A stretch of 64,000 bases of DNA from the human T2T-CHM13v2.0 reference genome, Homo sapiens, in the NCBI RefSeq assembly GCF_009914755.1, contig NC_060935.1; one strand, given 5' to 3'. Below, piece by piece: positions 1 to 12,326 of the stretch; within the stretch, counting starts at the first letter, position 1, and every line of letters begins with the position of its first letter. The notes below the pieces were generated by a model. The model saw only the letters and a list, made by a program, of their open reading frames with translations. It was not told the origin of the DNA and ran no database searches. The translations under genes and the position numbers were made by a program.

Positions 1-1133
1 TGATGAGAAAGTCAGGGCAGCAGGTGAATGTGAAGCACACTGCTGTGTGTTGCATCATCTCCTTAAACCATCATAGTGCCCCCATGTTGGTACCATTACC
101 AGGCCATCATTCCACGGAGGAAAAAACTCCCTTCAATGGGTGAAATACGCACCTGAAGGCACCTAACTAGCAAAAGGAGAAGTTAGGATTAAAACCTGTG
201 CTCTTACCAGCACTGTTCTTGGGAGCTTTGGCAGGAAGGAGGGTGAGCGGTATTAGAGGAAGAGGATTTCTTGGTGATAACAGAGGGCCAAGAATGAATT
301 CTTTCTATTCTAGTGCTGCCCCAACTTGCTATCTGCTGATTGTCTTTCTGTAGACACATGTATTTTAAGCAGTTGCCCTTGAATTTCAGCCATAAATATA
401 CTCCCTCTCAAATTATCTGTTGAGTTAGACTCCACTATAATCTTGCCAATCCACTAGCTAATAGGCTCTTTTTTATTTAGCAATAAAAAAGGGGGGAGTT
501 AATAAATGAAGGAATGGAGAAAGGAGTTTTATGCTCAGCACTTCATTCACCAGAGTGGATTATTTGTCATTTCCTTCCTTGTGTTCAGGGCTAAGCTTGT
601 GCACACCTTGTGGTTTTCTGAAGCTCATCGTCATATTTTCTGCAACATGGCTGTTAGGAGGTGAATGTCTCCCTGGCATATCTCTCCACTTACATCGGTC
701 GTTTAGCCAACTCCTGTGGCCTCAGCCTCTGACAGCAGATGCAGAGCCACCATGCCTGTTCCTGACACCACCCTTTTTGGAAGAAACGTGATTTCTGTGG
801 CCACGGAGAGGAACAAATGTTCCTTTAATCACAAGTCTGTATCTCTTTGTACCATTGCGTTACATGATGATTTGCAGCTCTTCCTGGTGATCACTGCCCT
901 CACTCCTTGCTGATGTGACAGCTTTATTTCCAGAATTCACCTCAGGCCAAAACTCACATTTCCCCCCAAAGTATTGTTGGGTTGTATTGAATACATTTCC
1001 TTCTTTGTTAAGCAAGGCAGAGTTAGCTGGTGAGACAATTTCTGGGCTACTAATTCATTTTGCACTTGACAACCTCAAGATATAGGCTGTTTTTATTGCT
1101 TCCTTTAGTCCATCAAATAAGAAAGTAGCCCTG

Positions 1134-1156
1134 GTGTGTGTGTGTGTGTGTGTGTG
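1134..1156. repeat. (TG)n microsatellite
   Basis: gtgtgtg... run seen directly. Confidence 0.9.
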
Positions 1157-1804
1157 CACGCATGTGCATCTGTGTGTTTCTGACTGTCTTTGTACGGTAA
1201 AGAAGGAGGACATATGTGGTTAAGGGCATATCCACACCACTGCCAGCCCTCCTACCTGACACAGGGTGCAGAACATGGTCACTCCCAAAAATGATACAAT
1301 GCTGCCCTCTAGGAGGCAAAGCTGAAAATTCCACTTACTGTCCAGAGATGGAAGTTAGGATAAATGTAAAGGCATTCTTGCCTATAAAATATTTATACCC
1401 CATTTTAAAAGTTATCTCATTTAACCTGGTGTTGACACCTCATCAGTTCATGTAAATGATGTAAATTAACTCTGAATGGCAAAGAGCAATGCAGCCACTT
1501 CATCCTCATTTCAGTCTTCACTCAGTTGCTTCACTTTGAGGAAGAAACAGCCACTTTTGGCTGTCAGCTGTTTGGAAGCTCATTTACTATGGGCTAAGGG
1601 TTTCGAATCCATAATGTAAATCACTTGATTGACAGAACTTTGCCCCCAGTGGCACAGTCAATTTTCTACTGTGGAGCTAAATTATTTTCTCTAAGCAAAT
1701 GAAAGTGCCTCGAGAAGTGAACTAGCTGAGAGGGGTGGGTGGGACTGGAAATAGGCACAAGGTAACCAGTGTAATTTCTGCTTTCTCTTTCACTGTCCAT
1801 GAAG

Positions 1805-1918
1805 ACAAAGGGGTTGATGACCCGGGAGAAGTGACCTGCTTTGCAGGTAGTAATAAAGGCAGCAACTCTGAAGTTCAGTCCCTCAGCTCCTTCCAGTCAG
1901 ATTCTGGTGACGACAATG
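1805..1918 (+). CDS. FAT3: FAT3 cytoplasmic-domain coding exon (114 nt, phase 1/1)
   Basis: Pyrimidine tract + catgaag| acceptor, |gtaaga donor at 1919; encodes [37 protein letters not shown], matching the FAT3 tail as recalled; splices in frame to the 5295 exon (G|CC = Ala). Confidence 0.93.
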
Positions 1919-3697
1919 GTAAGAAGTCATCAGATTTGTTCGGAGCGGGTGGGTTCTGCTTCCTGTTCTGGAAGACCATGGTTGGGAGGAGGGTGGTGCA
2001 ACTGGCTTTGTTTCTCAACCTGTTCATGGGCTTTTGAGCGTGTTCACCAGGTCCCTGGTTTACTCCATTGTTGGGTGTCATTGCCAAAGGAGCCCCCATT
2101 GAGCTGTAGCTGTGAGCAGGCCCAGAGATCTGTATCAGGGGTTGATGTAGTTACCCTGGGCCTCCAGTAGTGAGTCCTCTTTTATTTGGTTTGTGGTGGA
2201 ACTACTTCATCCCAAATGATATTCTCTAGCAGACAGAGTAATTTCTTTCTTTTTTTATTTTACCAATGATCTCTTCCCTCTTCACTGTACATCCAACATC
2301 CCCGTCATTAGAAATTAGTTCAGAGACAAAAACCTTCTTATAGAACCAGTGGAATCTTCATTCAATTGAATCCCCCTTGTAATCATTTGGGTTATGGGCT
2401 GTTGGAGAATTTATTAAAAACTGTGAAGCAGCTCCTTAGAAAAATGCACATACACCCAAAATGTTGCATGCAATTTCTCGTGGTTCACAGACTTTGTTGA
2501 CACTCCAAAGCTGCTACCTCTACCTCTTGTGAACTTATGCTTATGGAGAGGGTGCTAATGTTGGACTGGGTTTTCTGAGCTGAGGAACCAGCTTCGGAGG
2601 ATGGGTTGTTCTCCCCAGGGCAGGGGAGGGAAGCAGGAACAGTCATAAAACAGTGAGTGTTTTCAACGTGCTGGGTAAACTAAGAATAATTTCAAACAGT
2701 CATCCACAGAGACAAGCAGCCTTACCTTAGGTCATTTTCCCATTTGTCAGCAACTAGCAACAAATGGATACTTATTAATTTATGTAATCATTCAATCTAT
2801 AAATCCTTGCTGAATTTTTTGCATGTGCTGAGTCCTTTTCCCAGAGTACAAAATGAGAAAGGCATAGCCCTTGTCTTCAAGGCAAATACAGAAACAGGTG
2901 AGCTCCAAGACCATAGAAGCAATCATGGAAGTAAAAGAGCCTATTTTCATCACCACTTTCAAATGATGGCACTTCTGAGAAGTGCAGATGCCTTCAGTGT
3001 ATCTATCTACTGGGACAACAAATCACCTAACAGTGGACTTTTTCTGACCATTATCGGAAGGTCAAAGACACACTCCCAGATCTGTCTGCCTTGATGTATC
3101 CTCTTTTCCTCCTCCCTAGCCAGAAGAAAAGCTGTGGCTAGTTTGCACTTTATATAGAAATACCTAAGAATGTAGAGTCCAGAGTCCAGGCAGCAGCTCC
3201 AACAATGATGCCTGGTTAACTGTTCTCATGGGCTCTGCTGTGTGCACCCTGAGGATCACACTCTTGCCCTTTTAGGGTTAACCTTCCAAGTTGGTCCCAA
3301 ATGAGGCAGGTGGTGTTAGGAACTTTCATCAAATTGGTTTTAAGCCTGATCACCTCTCCACAAGCCTTTGTACTGAGCATTAAGGCAACCCATATAGACC
3401 ACAGATATCTCCTTCTCTATTCTAATTATTCGAGAGGCCAAATGCTGACTTCTGTCCACACTTTACTGGTGGGAGCTAGGCCTTGGGTCGTTCTGGGCTG
3501 TCAGTGGCATTATGTGACCGTGAAGCCATCAACCCTGCAAAGGTTATCCTCTATCACTGGCATTTGGTTCAGAGCAGCATGACTGACCAACAAATAATTA
3601 TCCCCGGAAATAGTGAGGTCTTCCTCTGAGAGCCTTTGGGAGTTGTTAACGATAAATTAGCAAGAGCTTGATGAGCCACTGCCTTCCTAAATTGATT

Positions 3698-3734
3698 TTG
3701 CTGAGTCATGAGGGGTGACTTTATGACTCAGCAA
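3698..3734. promoter_or_regulatory. Inverted pair of CNC-sMaf/ARE (AP-1 composite) motifs
   Basis: TTGCTGAGTCAT (3698-3709) and ATGACTCAGCAA (3723-3734): perfect 12-bp inverted repeat with a 13-nt spacer. Confidence 0.55.
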
Positions 3735-3993
3735 TCATGACCTATCCTGCCTTTCAGGAGGACTGGCATTGGATTTGCTGCCATTTATCTTCCATTCCAC
3801 AAATCCCGGGACCCTCTAGATAAAGGTGTCCACTGATACACTTCCTAACAGATTGTGGGGAGGCTTTGGGTGTTTGCATGCCTCACCTTCATTGTTGCTG
3901 TTGTTGTTGTTGTTAAAATAAGGTGTGTTTAAAATATACAACTAACCTGAAGCTGTCCTTCCCCTACCTCCGACTTCTTTTCCTGACCACAAG

Positions 3994-4053
3994 CCTCCAT
4001 AGTGACTGTCATTCAGCTTGTCAACAATGTAGTTGACACTATAGAGAATGAAG
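3994..4053 (+). CDS. FAT3: FAT3 cassette exon, 60 nt (ASIVTVIQLVNNVVDTIENE)
   Basis: ttcttttcctgaccacaag| acceptor, gaag|gtattt donor, ACTAAC branch-like element at 3941-3946; frame-preserving phase 1/1, no stop. Confidence 0.85.
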
Positions 4054-4659
4054 GTATTTACTTTTTTTCTTCCATAGCATTTCTTGAAATTTTGCTTCCT
4101 TGTTACTTTGGACTAGGAGTGATTTTAATGGATTGGCCACAGAGGGGGCAATAAACAGCTGGTTTCTGATGAGATGTGGGATATTTATGGATCTGTTTTA
4201 AAATTTTGAAAAAAAAAAACCCAGTTCATAATTTGTAAAAAATATATAAGTTACGCTCTTTATAAAATCCCTTTCAAGAAAAGAGCACCCAATTAGTTGC
4301 AATCCAGATTAATACTAAATTTATCTTTATATTCAACATGTGTTCATTGAGCACCTATTATGAGCTGGGAATCCTTAAGAAATCATTCACAGCTGCAATA
4401 TTATGGATACTTATTTCAACCACGTAACTTTTATTAGTAACTTAATAAAATTAGGGCCTGGCATAAATGTGATTTATCTGTTTTGTTTTGCTTTGTTTTT
4501 TCCCTAAATAACAATGGGAAGAAATAAAAAAGGCTAAACTTAGTCGTAGCCCACAGGCCTTTAGGAGTATGTTTTTAAAAGTCATCTCAAATGTTCTGTT
4601 TTATCCCTCTTCACATGGTTTGGACTGTCAGTTTTACTTTTCACTTTGTATTTAAACAG

Positions 4660-4695
4660 TGTCTGTCATGGACCAAGGACAGAACTACAACCGAG
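4660..4695 (+). CDS. FAT3: FAT3 cassette microexon, 36 nt (VSVMDQGQNYNR)
   Basis: ttttacttttcactttgtatttaaacag| acceptor, cgag|gtgact donor; frame-preserving; corresponds to the +12 aa insert known in FAT1/FAT3 tails. Confidence 0.87.
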
Positions 4696-5294
4696 GTGAC
4701 TGTGCCGCAACCCTAGCATAACTTTTTGTGTGTTTGTTTTGAATTGCTGAGTTCATTCTTACCCTGTTCCTGTGCCTCTGCCCTGATCTGAATTTTGCAT
4801 GTCTCAGGTGTCTCGTGCGCTCAGTATTGGAGGTGAAAGCTCCACCAGCATTCCCCTCCTAGCCTCATCCTCTGTGCGTGTGTTTCACCCATTTGCCTGC
4901 ACGCCTTCCTGCCTCCTGTGGTCCACAGCACAGCTGATGGACCTCTCTGCAAGCATGTTGCCAGTCTGGCTCTGCAATAGCATGTGTCTAGGAAGAGGGA
5001 GTGGGGACAGTACTCAGGGGTCCTGGAACTGTCTCCTCGGCGTGCCCTCGCTCTTCGTCTCATGGCATGGCTGAGTGTGAGGCTCTGCAGCAACCAGGCA
5101 TCAACCTGTCAGAGTTGCCATCACCTTGTTGTCCGCAGGCCAAAGCATGGCTGGCCCCATAGACCCTTGTAATAAGCTTCTTAGGGTTTCTTGGATGCTA
5201 AAAATTGCATGTCAGGTCCCTTCCCTGCTCCTTTCCCAGCAAAGCACCAACTCCAGTCTAGAGGAAATTAACTGTCATGGTTTTTCTCTTGCAG

Positions 5295-5917
5295 CCTATC
5301 ACTGGGACACCTCTGATTGGATGCCAGGGGCCCGCCTGTCGGACATAGAGGAAGTGCCCAACTATGAGAACCAGGATGGAGGGTCTGCACACCAGGGGAG
5401 CACACGGGAGCTGGAGAGCGATTACTACCTGGGTGGTTATGACATTGACAGTGAATACCCACCCCCTCATGAAGAGGAGTTCTTGAGTCAGGACCAGCTG
5501 CCTCCTCCTCTCCCGGAGGACTTCCCAGACCAATATGAGGCCCTGCCACCCTCCCAGCCTGTCTCCCTGGCCAGCACACTGAGCCCAGACTGCAGGAGAA
5601 GGCCCCAGTTTCATCCTAGCCAGTATCTCCCTCCTCACCCATTCCCCAACGAAACGGATTTGGTGGGCCCGCCTGCCAGCTGTGAATTTAGTACTTTTGC
5701 TGTGAGCATGAACCAGGGCACAGAGCCCACAGGCCCAGCAGACAGCGTGTCTCTGTCCTTGCACAATTCCAGAGGCACCTCATCCTCGGATGTGTCTGCC
5801 AACTGCGGCTTTGACGATTCCGAAGTAGCCATGAGTGACTACGAGAGCGTGGGAGAGCTCAGCCTCGCCAGCCTTCACATTCCCTTTGTGGAGACTCAGC
5901 ATCAGACTCAAGTGTAG
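5295..5917 (+). CDS. FAT3: FAT3 terminal coding exon (C-terminal intracellular domain)
   Basis: tttttctcttgcag| acceptor; [11 protein letters not shown]...[12 protein letters not shown]...LPPPLPEDF...FSTFAV...HQTQV*; FAT-family [10 protein letters not shown] motif, EVH1-type proline motifs, WIRS-like FSTF, C-terminal PDZ ligand. Confidence 0.97.
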
Positions 5918-7180
5918 ACATCACATCTTGGGTACTTCACCCTGTTTGTTACAGAAAAGTGGAAGCAGATTGGCTGGGCTTCTGTCCCAGTGGAGCATTG
6001 TCTGTGGAATGAGAAGGGAATACTGTATTTTTCCACTAGAAACTTCTTCACAAGTCATACTGTCCCAACAAGCAAGCTTGATTCCAGTTGGGTGAAAATG
6101 AAAGGCTCAGAAATTGTTTTTGAGAGGTGACTGGTAATCCTTGATGTAGGTACCTATGTTCACAGCTAAAAATGCAAAGAGGGAAAAATTATTTCACCCA
6201 CTAAGTTATACAGCCAGTCTTGTATGGCTTTGTGCAGTATTGTGCCCTGGAAAGTGTTACAGCATCAGTCCTTGCAGTATTAAAAACTGGCAACAATCAA
6301 AGAGGCATTGTTGCATGTAATTTTGAGCCAATGAAATGAAAATAGTAGTAATGATTGTTGGAAAAGTTAGTCTCTTAGGCGAAAGAGAAGAGAAACAAAT
6401 ATTATTAAACAAACCAGAAAATGGGCTGAAGCCTTTTAAATCAACTCTATTTTTTTGATAAGCTGCCCAATTTTCAGCTATAAAATTAGGCTTGAATAAC
6501 ATGTTTAGTATGCTCAGTTATTTCTGTTTGTTTGTGTTAAGCATCCAATCTAATATAGTTGGGTTTTATGATCTTCAAGAAAGGTATCAATGAAGAGCAA
6601 CATGAGGCTTTTTGGGTTCCATTTGGTGGGTGGGGGAGGAAGTTAAAGTTGTTTGAACATTAGAAAGAATGTGATTATCTGGTTGGTTTTGTGTTTTCTG
6701 GTAAATATTCCAGTTGGTAAATCTAACATTGCTACAGAAGTTGGCTTTGTTCATATAGCTTCTCTACAATTAGATATTTTTAGAAGTTTAAGCAAAACTC
6801 ACAAATTCAGGGGGGAAAAAAGAAAAAACGATACCTTCAAAGTTTGCGGCCTAGATAATCACAATTCTTCATAATGCAGAGGAAAGGTGTCTGTTATTCT
6901 AAATCGGTAGCATCACCATTATAAATACAATTATGTTAAGAAAAGAGGAAAGTAGACTAGTTATTGTGTATAAATTATAATAGTGTGTGTGTGTCTGGGC
7001 CTATGTACAAATATGTGCTTGCACTCAGTAAGGCTGCTCTTGAGGAAAGCTAATGTGAAGGTTTTGGGAAATGGACCATGTTGAAAATTCTGCCGGTGAG
7101 CATGGCATACCTTTCAATTTCTCTGATCTCTATGGTGTTAGAGAAACATCAAATGCCATATTTTACTCTGGTTCAGTTAA

Positions 7181-7514
<334 letters not shown>

Positions 7515-10500
7515 CAAAACTGTGCTTTTTAAAAACAGTATTTTGTTATAATTTTCCAGAACTTACCTCTGTTTTAAAAGTGTGTAATGTTTGATTACAC
7601 CCTGGGATTCCCTTCTCATCTGTGGGCTTTGGCCGTGATTTCCAAAATTAACAGGAGAATCATTCCACTGGAAATATAACAATCCAGTCCTCAAAACTGA
7701 AAGTTGACAGGTTGAGGGACTTTCCTTTTTTGCTTCAATCAGATTACGGCCGCCTGTGCAGTGGCCATGGTAAATATATGCATATTTGCACTATCTGCTT
7801 AATGAGCAAATCTGTGTCCACAGTTTCTGATGACATATGGCATTGGTGTGTAAATTGTACTGTCCCTAGTCTGTGCATTATTCACTCAGACATATTTTTA
7901 GTTATTTCAATTGCGTTTAATCCACTTCTTTTTTATGAGTCAGTGTTTCTGAATGTTTATGCAAAAAAAAAAAAATCCTTTTTCATTCCCAAACTTTCTA
8001 AGTAAGTGGATACACTACACTTCACAAGTTTTCCAGCCTTTCTCTTCCTGTCTCTTGGTCAGACCTACTCATGGAGGTATTATCCACACTGTGATCTTGA
8101 AATAAATGAATTTCACTAAGGCTGCTTTCGAGAACAAAGTCTTTGGTATTTTTCTTATGTAAGAAGCACATTTGCAAGAATCATGGAAAAAAATGACAAA
8201 CTAATGGCCTAGAATAGAGTGACTGCTACACTTTAAGTAATGCAATGACATAAAAACCATCAAAGTAAAACCAACATGTCATTTCCTGCCCCCAGGAAAT
8301 ATTAGAATGAGATTAATGCTGATGAGTCCCTACTGCTTACACAGCATCTCTTTGAGGGAGAATGCCTGACTGACACAGTAATGAAAGAATAAATAGATCC
8401 TAATGCAGTCATGAAGCCACTGAAGAAAATTGTGCCCACCCTTTGCTGTGACCTATATAAAATATCTCTTTCTTTGGGATATCATCCCCTGATTTTCTGC
8501 AGAATAGCTCTGCAGCTAAATATATACCAGGCAAGCATGTATTGTGTTTTGATTTATTATCTTTAAACACATGATATCTCTTCACTTTTTGGAAAGTTAG
8601 ATTTCTCTGTAGATTATGAAATGCTTTGCAGTCAGGCCAAGATGCTACTAGGTGGGGATGATCACTAATTCAAAAAAGCTGGAAGAATCCTATTTGCTAG
8701 TCCAAACTCCTTATTTTATCAAAGAGGAAACATACCCAGAGTGGGAAAGAGACTTGCCCAAGCCCACAGAGGAAGTTAATTCGCTTAACAAGGAGTAGAA
8801 CCCATCCATCTAGCCAATATTCTTTTTACATCATATTGTTCACCCCTACACTGCCTTGAGCATGGGAGTCACCTGGTTCTGATGGACCCTCTGACTTCCA
8901 CCATTCCTTCTTTGGAATATGCTATAAAAGAAAATTCATGGAGAATATTTTTCTGAAAGCCTCATGATCTTATGTTTCCTTGCAGTCCCCCTAGGGAGAG
9001 GGGTTATAGAATTCATACATTTCTGTAGACATTCATCGAAATGCTGCTTTTGCCAAATGAATGTTTGTATAATAGGGATGAAATGATAATTACAGAGTTC
9101 AGCTCAGACCAGTCATCAGTTGTAGTGAAACTTTGATTATACTGTTACCTACTGGTTGCATTTTTGGTTTTGGTTTTGCATTTTTTTTCTTCCCACAAAC
9201 ACTGGCTACTCTTTGTCCTACCCCCTCCACCATGATGAACCATGTGGAAACTATTTAAATCAATTAATGTCTTTCTCATTTTTCGAACATGTATGTGCCA
9301 CCTCCTGGAAGCCATTTCCCATAATCTGTTGTAGGCACTTTACTAGTATTGCACACATTCTGGTTAGGTTGAGAATAGCTAGACTCTTGGTGCTCGTCAT
9401 ATAGTAAGCAAGAACTTGGGAGTAATAAAAGGTGAATAAAATGCATGCTTCATTTATTCCCTTTCCTCTATGAATATTTTGCTGCTGCGTTCTAGTCTAT
9501 GCCAGCTTTCCATGTACCCTTGGCCTGCCTATTCATGAAATGCCATATAAAAGACTTAGGAACATGAGTAGGTGGTCCATGCTTTGAGGTTCATCCAATT
9601 AGGGAATAAATGTGAAAGGCTGGAAAGGGAACTAGTTTCTGGGATTTGCCTGGAACTTCCCTTGGACATTACTAGCACATTCTGGAAAAAAAGCAAGTTG
9701 AACATATCTACCATCAGTCCTCTCCTACTTCCTTCCCACCCCACCCTATCCACTACCCCCACTGATGCTATGTTTGCATCATCAAAGTCAGGGGAATTGA
9801 GAAAAGAGATTATCAAAATAAATTATTAAAATCCAGAAAACAGTTTTATGTGAAGTAATTCAGGAAGATCTAGTGTTCATTTTGCATGGATTGTCCAGAT
9901 AATTGGCTCTTCACTCCGCTGCCTTCCCAGTGCACAGGTATTGCTAAAGTGGTTAGGCTTTAATGTTTTATGTTTTTAGTTTCAAACTATGGGAAATGGA
10001 GATTTGAAGAGGCATTTATTCCTTGTCATCATTTTGTGTGCTCTGTGAGAAGGTGGTTATATGTTTTTGCTGGTTTGTGTCCCACAGTGTTCAACTGCAC
10101 ATTATTCTGATGAAAATCCACAATGTCTTTGAGCTTCTGGTTGTGTAATGCTGGGGTTTAAAGTCACCATTTGTGGGTTTGGCATCAATTAATATTTAGC
10201 CAGCTGGCTAAGAGATAGGAAAAGAATATGATATTTCTTTCCTTATGTAATAATGAAAAGCAATAATTACAAGTAGGTAATAATACACAAAGGCCATAAT
10301 TAGTCTCTTCTAGTGTTTAGAATGCACTTGAGAATCGTAGAGTCATTTGGAGCGTGTTTGGACCAATTAGTATGTACTGTAGTACCCTTCTGGCAAACAA
10401 ATAACTGAATTGCTACTATTTAACAATCTTATGAGCCCACACTACTGCATTTTGGGAGTGGCAAATGTGTTTGGAAATGGAAGCAGTTCTTTTTAAGCAC

Positions 10501-10726
10501 TGTATCAGAGAGATTGTCTTGTACGTTTGCCTGTTGCAAACAGGCTGGTTTGTAAAAGATGTATGTTTTGGTGTTTGAAATGTTTATAAAATTGTATATA
10601 AATGGTTTCAATTTTCCAGGCTTTTGTAGATACTATATTTGATGCCTATCAGGATGCTTTAATTTGGGGGGTCGAATATAATTGTAAGTCATCCACGCTG
10701 TTGGTCTGCAAACTTTTGAGGTAACT

Positions 10727-10749
10727 ACACACACACACACACACACACA
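10727..10749. repeat. (CA)n microsatellite in 3'UTR
   Basis: acacac... run seen directly. Confidence 0.9.
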
Positions 10750-11241
10750 AGGATTTTAGATTTGAAAATGATGTTTTTTACTCATTTCAAAATGTACTGT
10801 AACCTTTCTTTGGTTCTTACTGTTTTCATTTAACTTTCTCTGTTTTCAAGAAAAATTGTCTTTATTGACATTTGTAAAAAAGAATGTGTTTTGCCCAGTT
10901 ATTAAGTATTTTATTTTTATGCAATTTCAGAATCACAATGAGGTATGTCATTTCTTCATATACATGCACATTCACCTCAACTTGCACACACATCACACAC
11001 CAAACCTTATGCAAAGGGGAAAGCTAACACTTAGAGTGGATTTTGTCCCTTAAGGAAATGGATTGTTCCTGCATATATTGCTGGTGGCAGTATTCAGTCT
11101 TGTGTTCTTTTTCTAAAAAAAAAGAAAAGAAAAGAAAAAAAAAACAAAAGCAAACAAAAAAAAAGACAGCCAAAAAAAAGAAACAACAACAACAAAAAAA
11201 AACACAACAGTGTACAGGTTTGTAACTGCCAAAATTTGATG

Positions 11242-11247
11242 ATTAAA
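11242..11247 (+). terminator. FAT3: Candidate distal polyadenylation signal ATTAAA
   Basis: TGTA at 11211 and 11221 upstream; tgtgttgactctttttaagtgtttccttttctttgtct about 40 nt downstream. Confidence 0.65.
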
Positions 11248-11889
11248 ACAAGTTTTCAAGTAAAAAGAAAAAAATGAAACTAGCAATTGTGTTGACTCTT
11301 TTTAAGTGTTTCCTTTTCTTTGTCTTTAGTTCATTGCTCGCATGGTATTTGGAGGTGTATTCCACAGGGCATGGTAGAAAGACGTGGTACAGAGCAAAAA
11401 AGCTCTTTAGCCCTAGTCTACCTCTCAAAGAGAGGGGTCTCTGGTCTGACAGGGACATTTTAGTTTTGTTGTGTTAGTGTGGCTTCCCCAACCCCCTGAG
11501 ACTTTTTACCCCCAGAAAAACTTCTATCTGTCCTGGTACACATGTTGAAATCTTATGTAACTTCTTACTGAGCACACGCCTTGTGAGATTTTTTCCCTGG
11601 TGGGAAAATTGAAAAGAGTGCTGGAGGCTTGAACAAATAAAGATCATCGAGTCCTACATCTGTGGAAATCTAAGCACATCCCCACCTCTTCTAGACAGCA
11701 GCTCCAGCACTCCTCTCCCTCAAAAATAAATAAATAAATAAATAAGGTTTTTTCCAAAAGTTTTCCAAAGGTTTGGGGCACAATTGAGTTTTCCTCCAAA
11801 AAGCTCCCGAAAATGTTCCATATGGAGTGAAGGTCTGTTAAAATATACACAGAAGAGGTTACAGACAGGGAGTAGGGCTCAAATTGATA

Positions 11890-12326
11890 CAGCTGACCTT
11901 GAGCAAGGGAGGTTTGAACTGCACAGGTACACTTAAGCGCAGATTTTCTTCTGCCTCTGCCCACCCCCCCCCGAGACAGCAAGACCATCCACTCCTTTTC
12001 CTCCTCCTCTTCTGTCCACTCAATGTGAAGACGATGATGAAGAACTTTATAGTGATCAACTTCCACTGAATAAATAGTAAATATGTTTTCTCTTATGATT
12101 TTCTTAATAACATTTTCTTTTCTCTGGCTTACTTCATTGTAAGAATATGGAAAATAATACATGTAACATACAAAATATGTGTTAATCAACTGTTTATGGT
12201 ACTGGTCAGGCTTCTAATCAACAGTGGGCTATCAGTAGTTAAGTTTTGGAGTCAAAAGTTATGCATGGGTTTTTACTATGAGTGGGTTGGCACCCCTAAC
12301 ACCCATGCTGTGCAAGAGTTAATTGT
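11890..12326 (+). mobile_element. Tigger2a-like DNA transposon
   Basis: Ends cagctgaccttgagca...tgcaagagttaattg (degenerate TIR) with TA flanks. Confidence 0.75.

Noticed and set aside
4630-4659. SRRM4/nSR100 UGC enhancer before the 36-nt exon
   Set aside because: No TGC near the 3' splice site; the RBFOX cluster is the better explanation.
5126-5294. N-terminal part of the 263-aa ORF
   Set aside because: Intronic read-through upstream of the acceptor at 5294; only 5295-5917 is FAT3 coding.
5258-5832. Minus-strand ORFs (168, 103, 65 aa)
   Set aside because: Antisense shadows of the GC-rich FAT3 exon; no recognisable motifs.
11644-12189. 181-aa minus ORF
   Set aside because: Spans a non-autonomous Tigger2a-like element; no transposase motifs.
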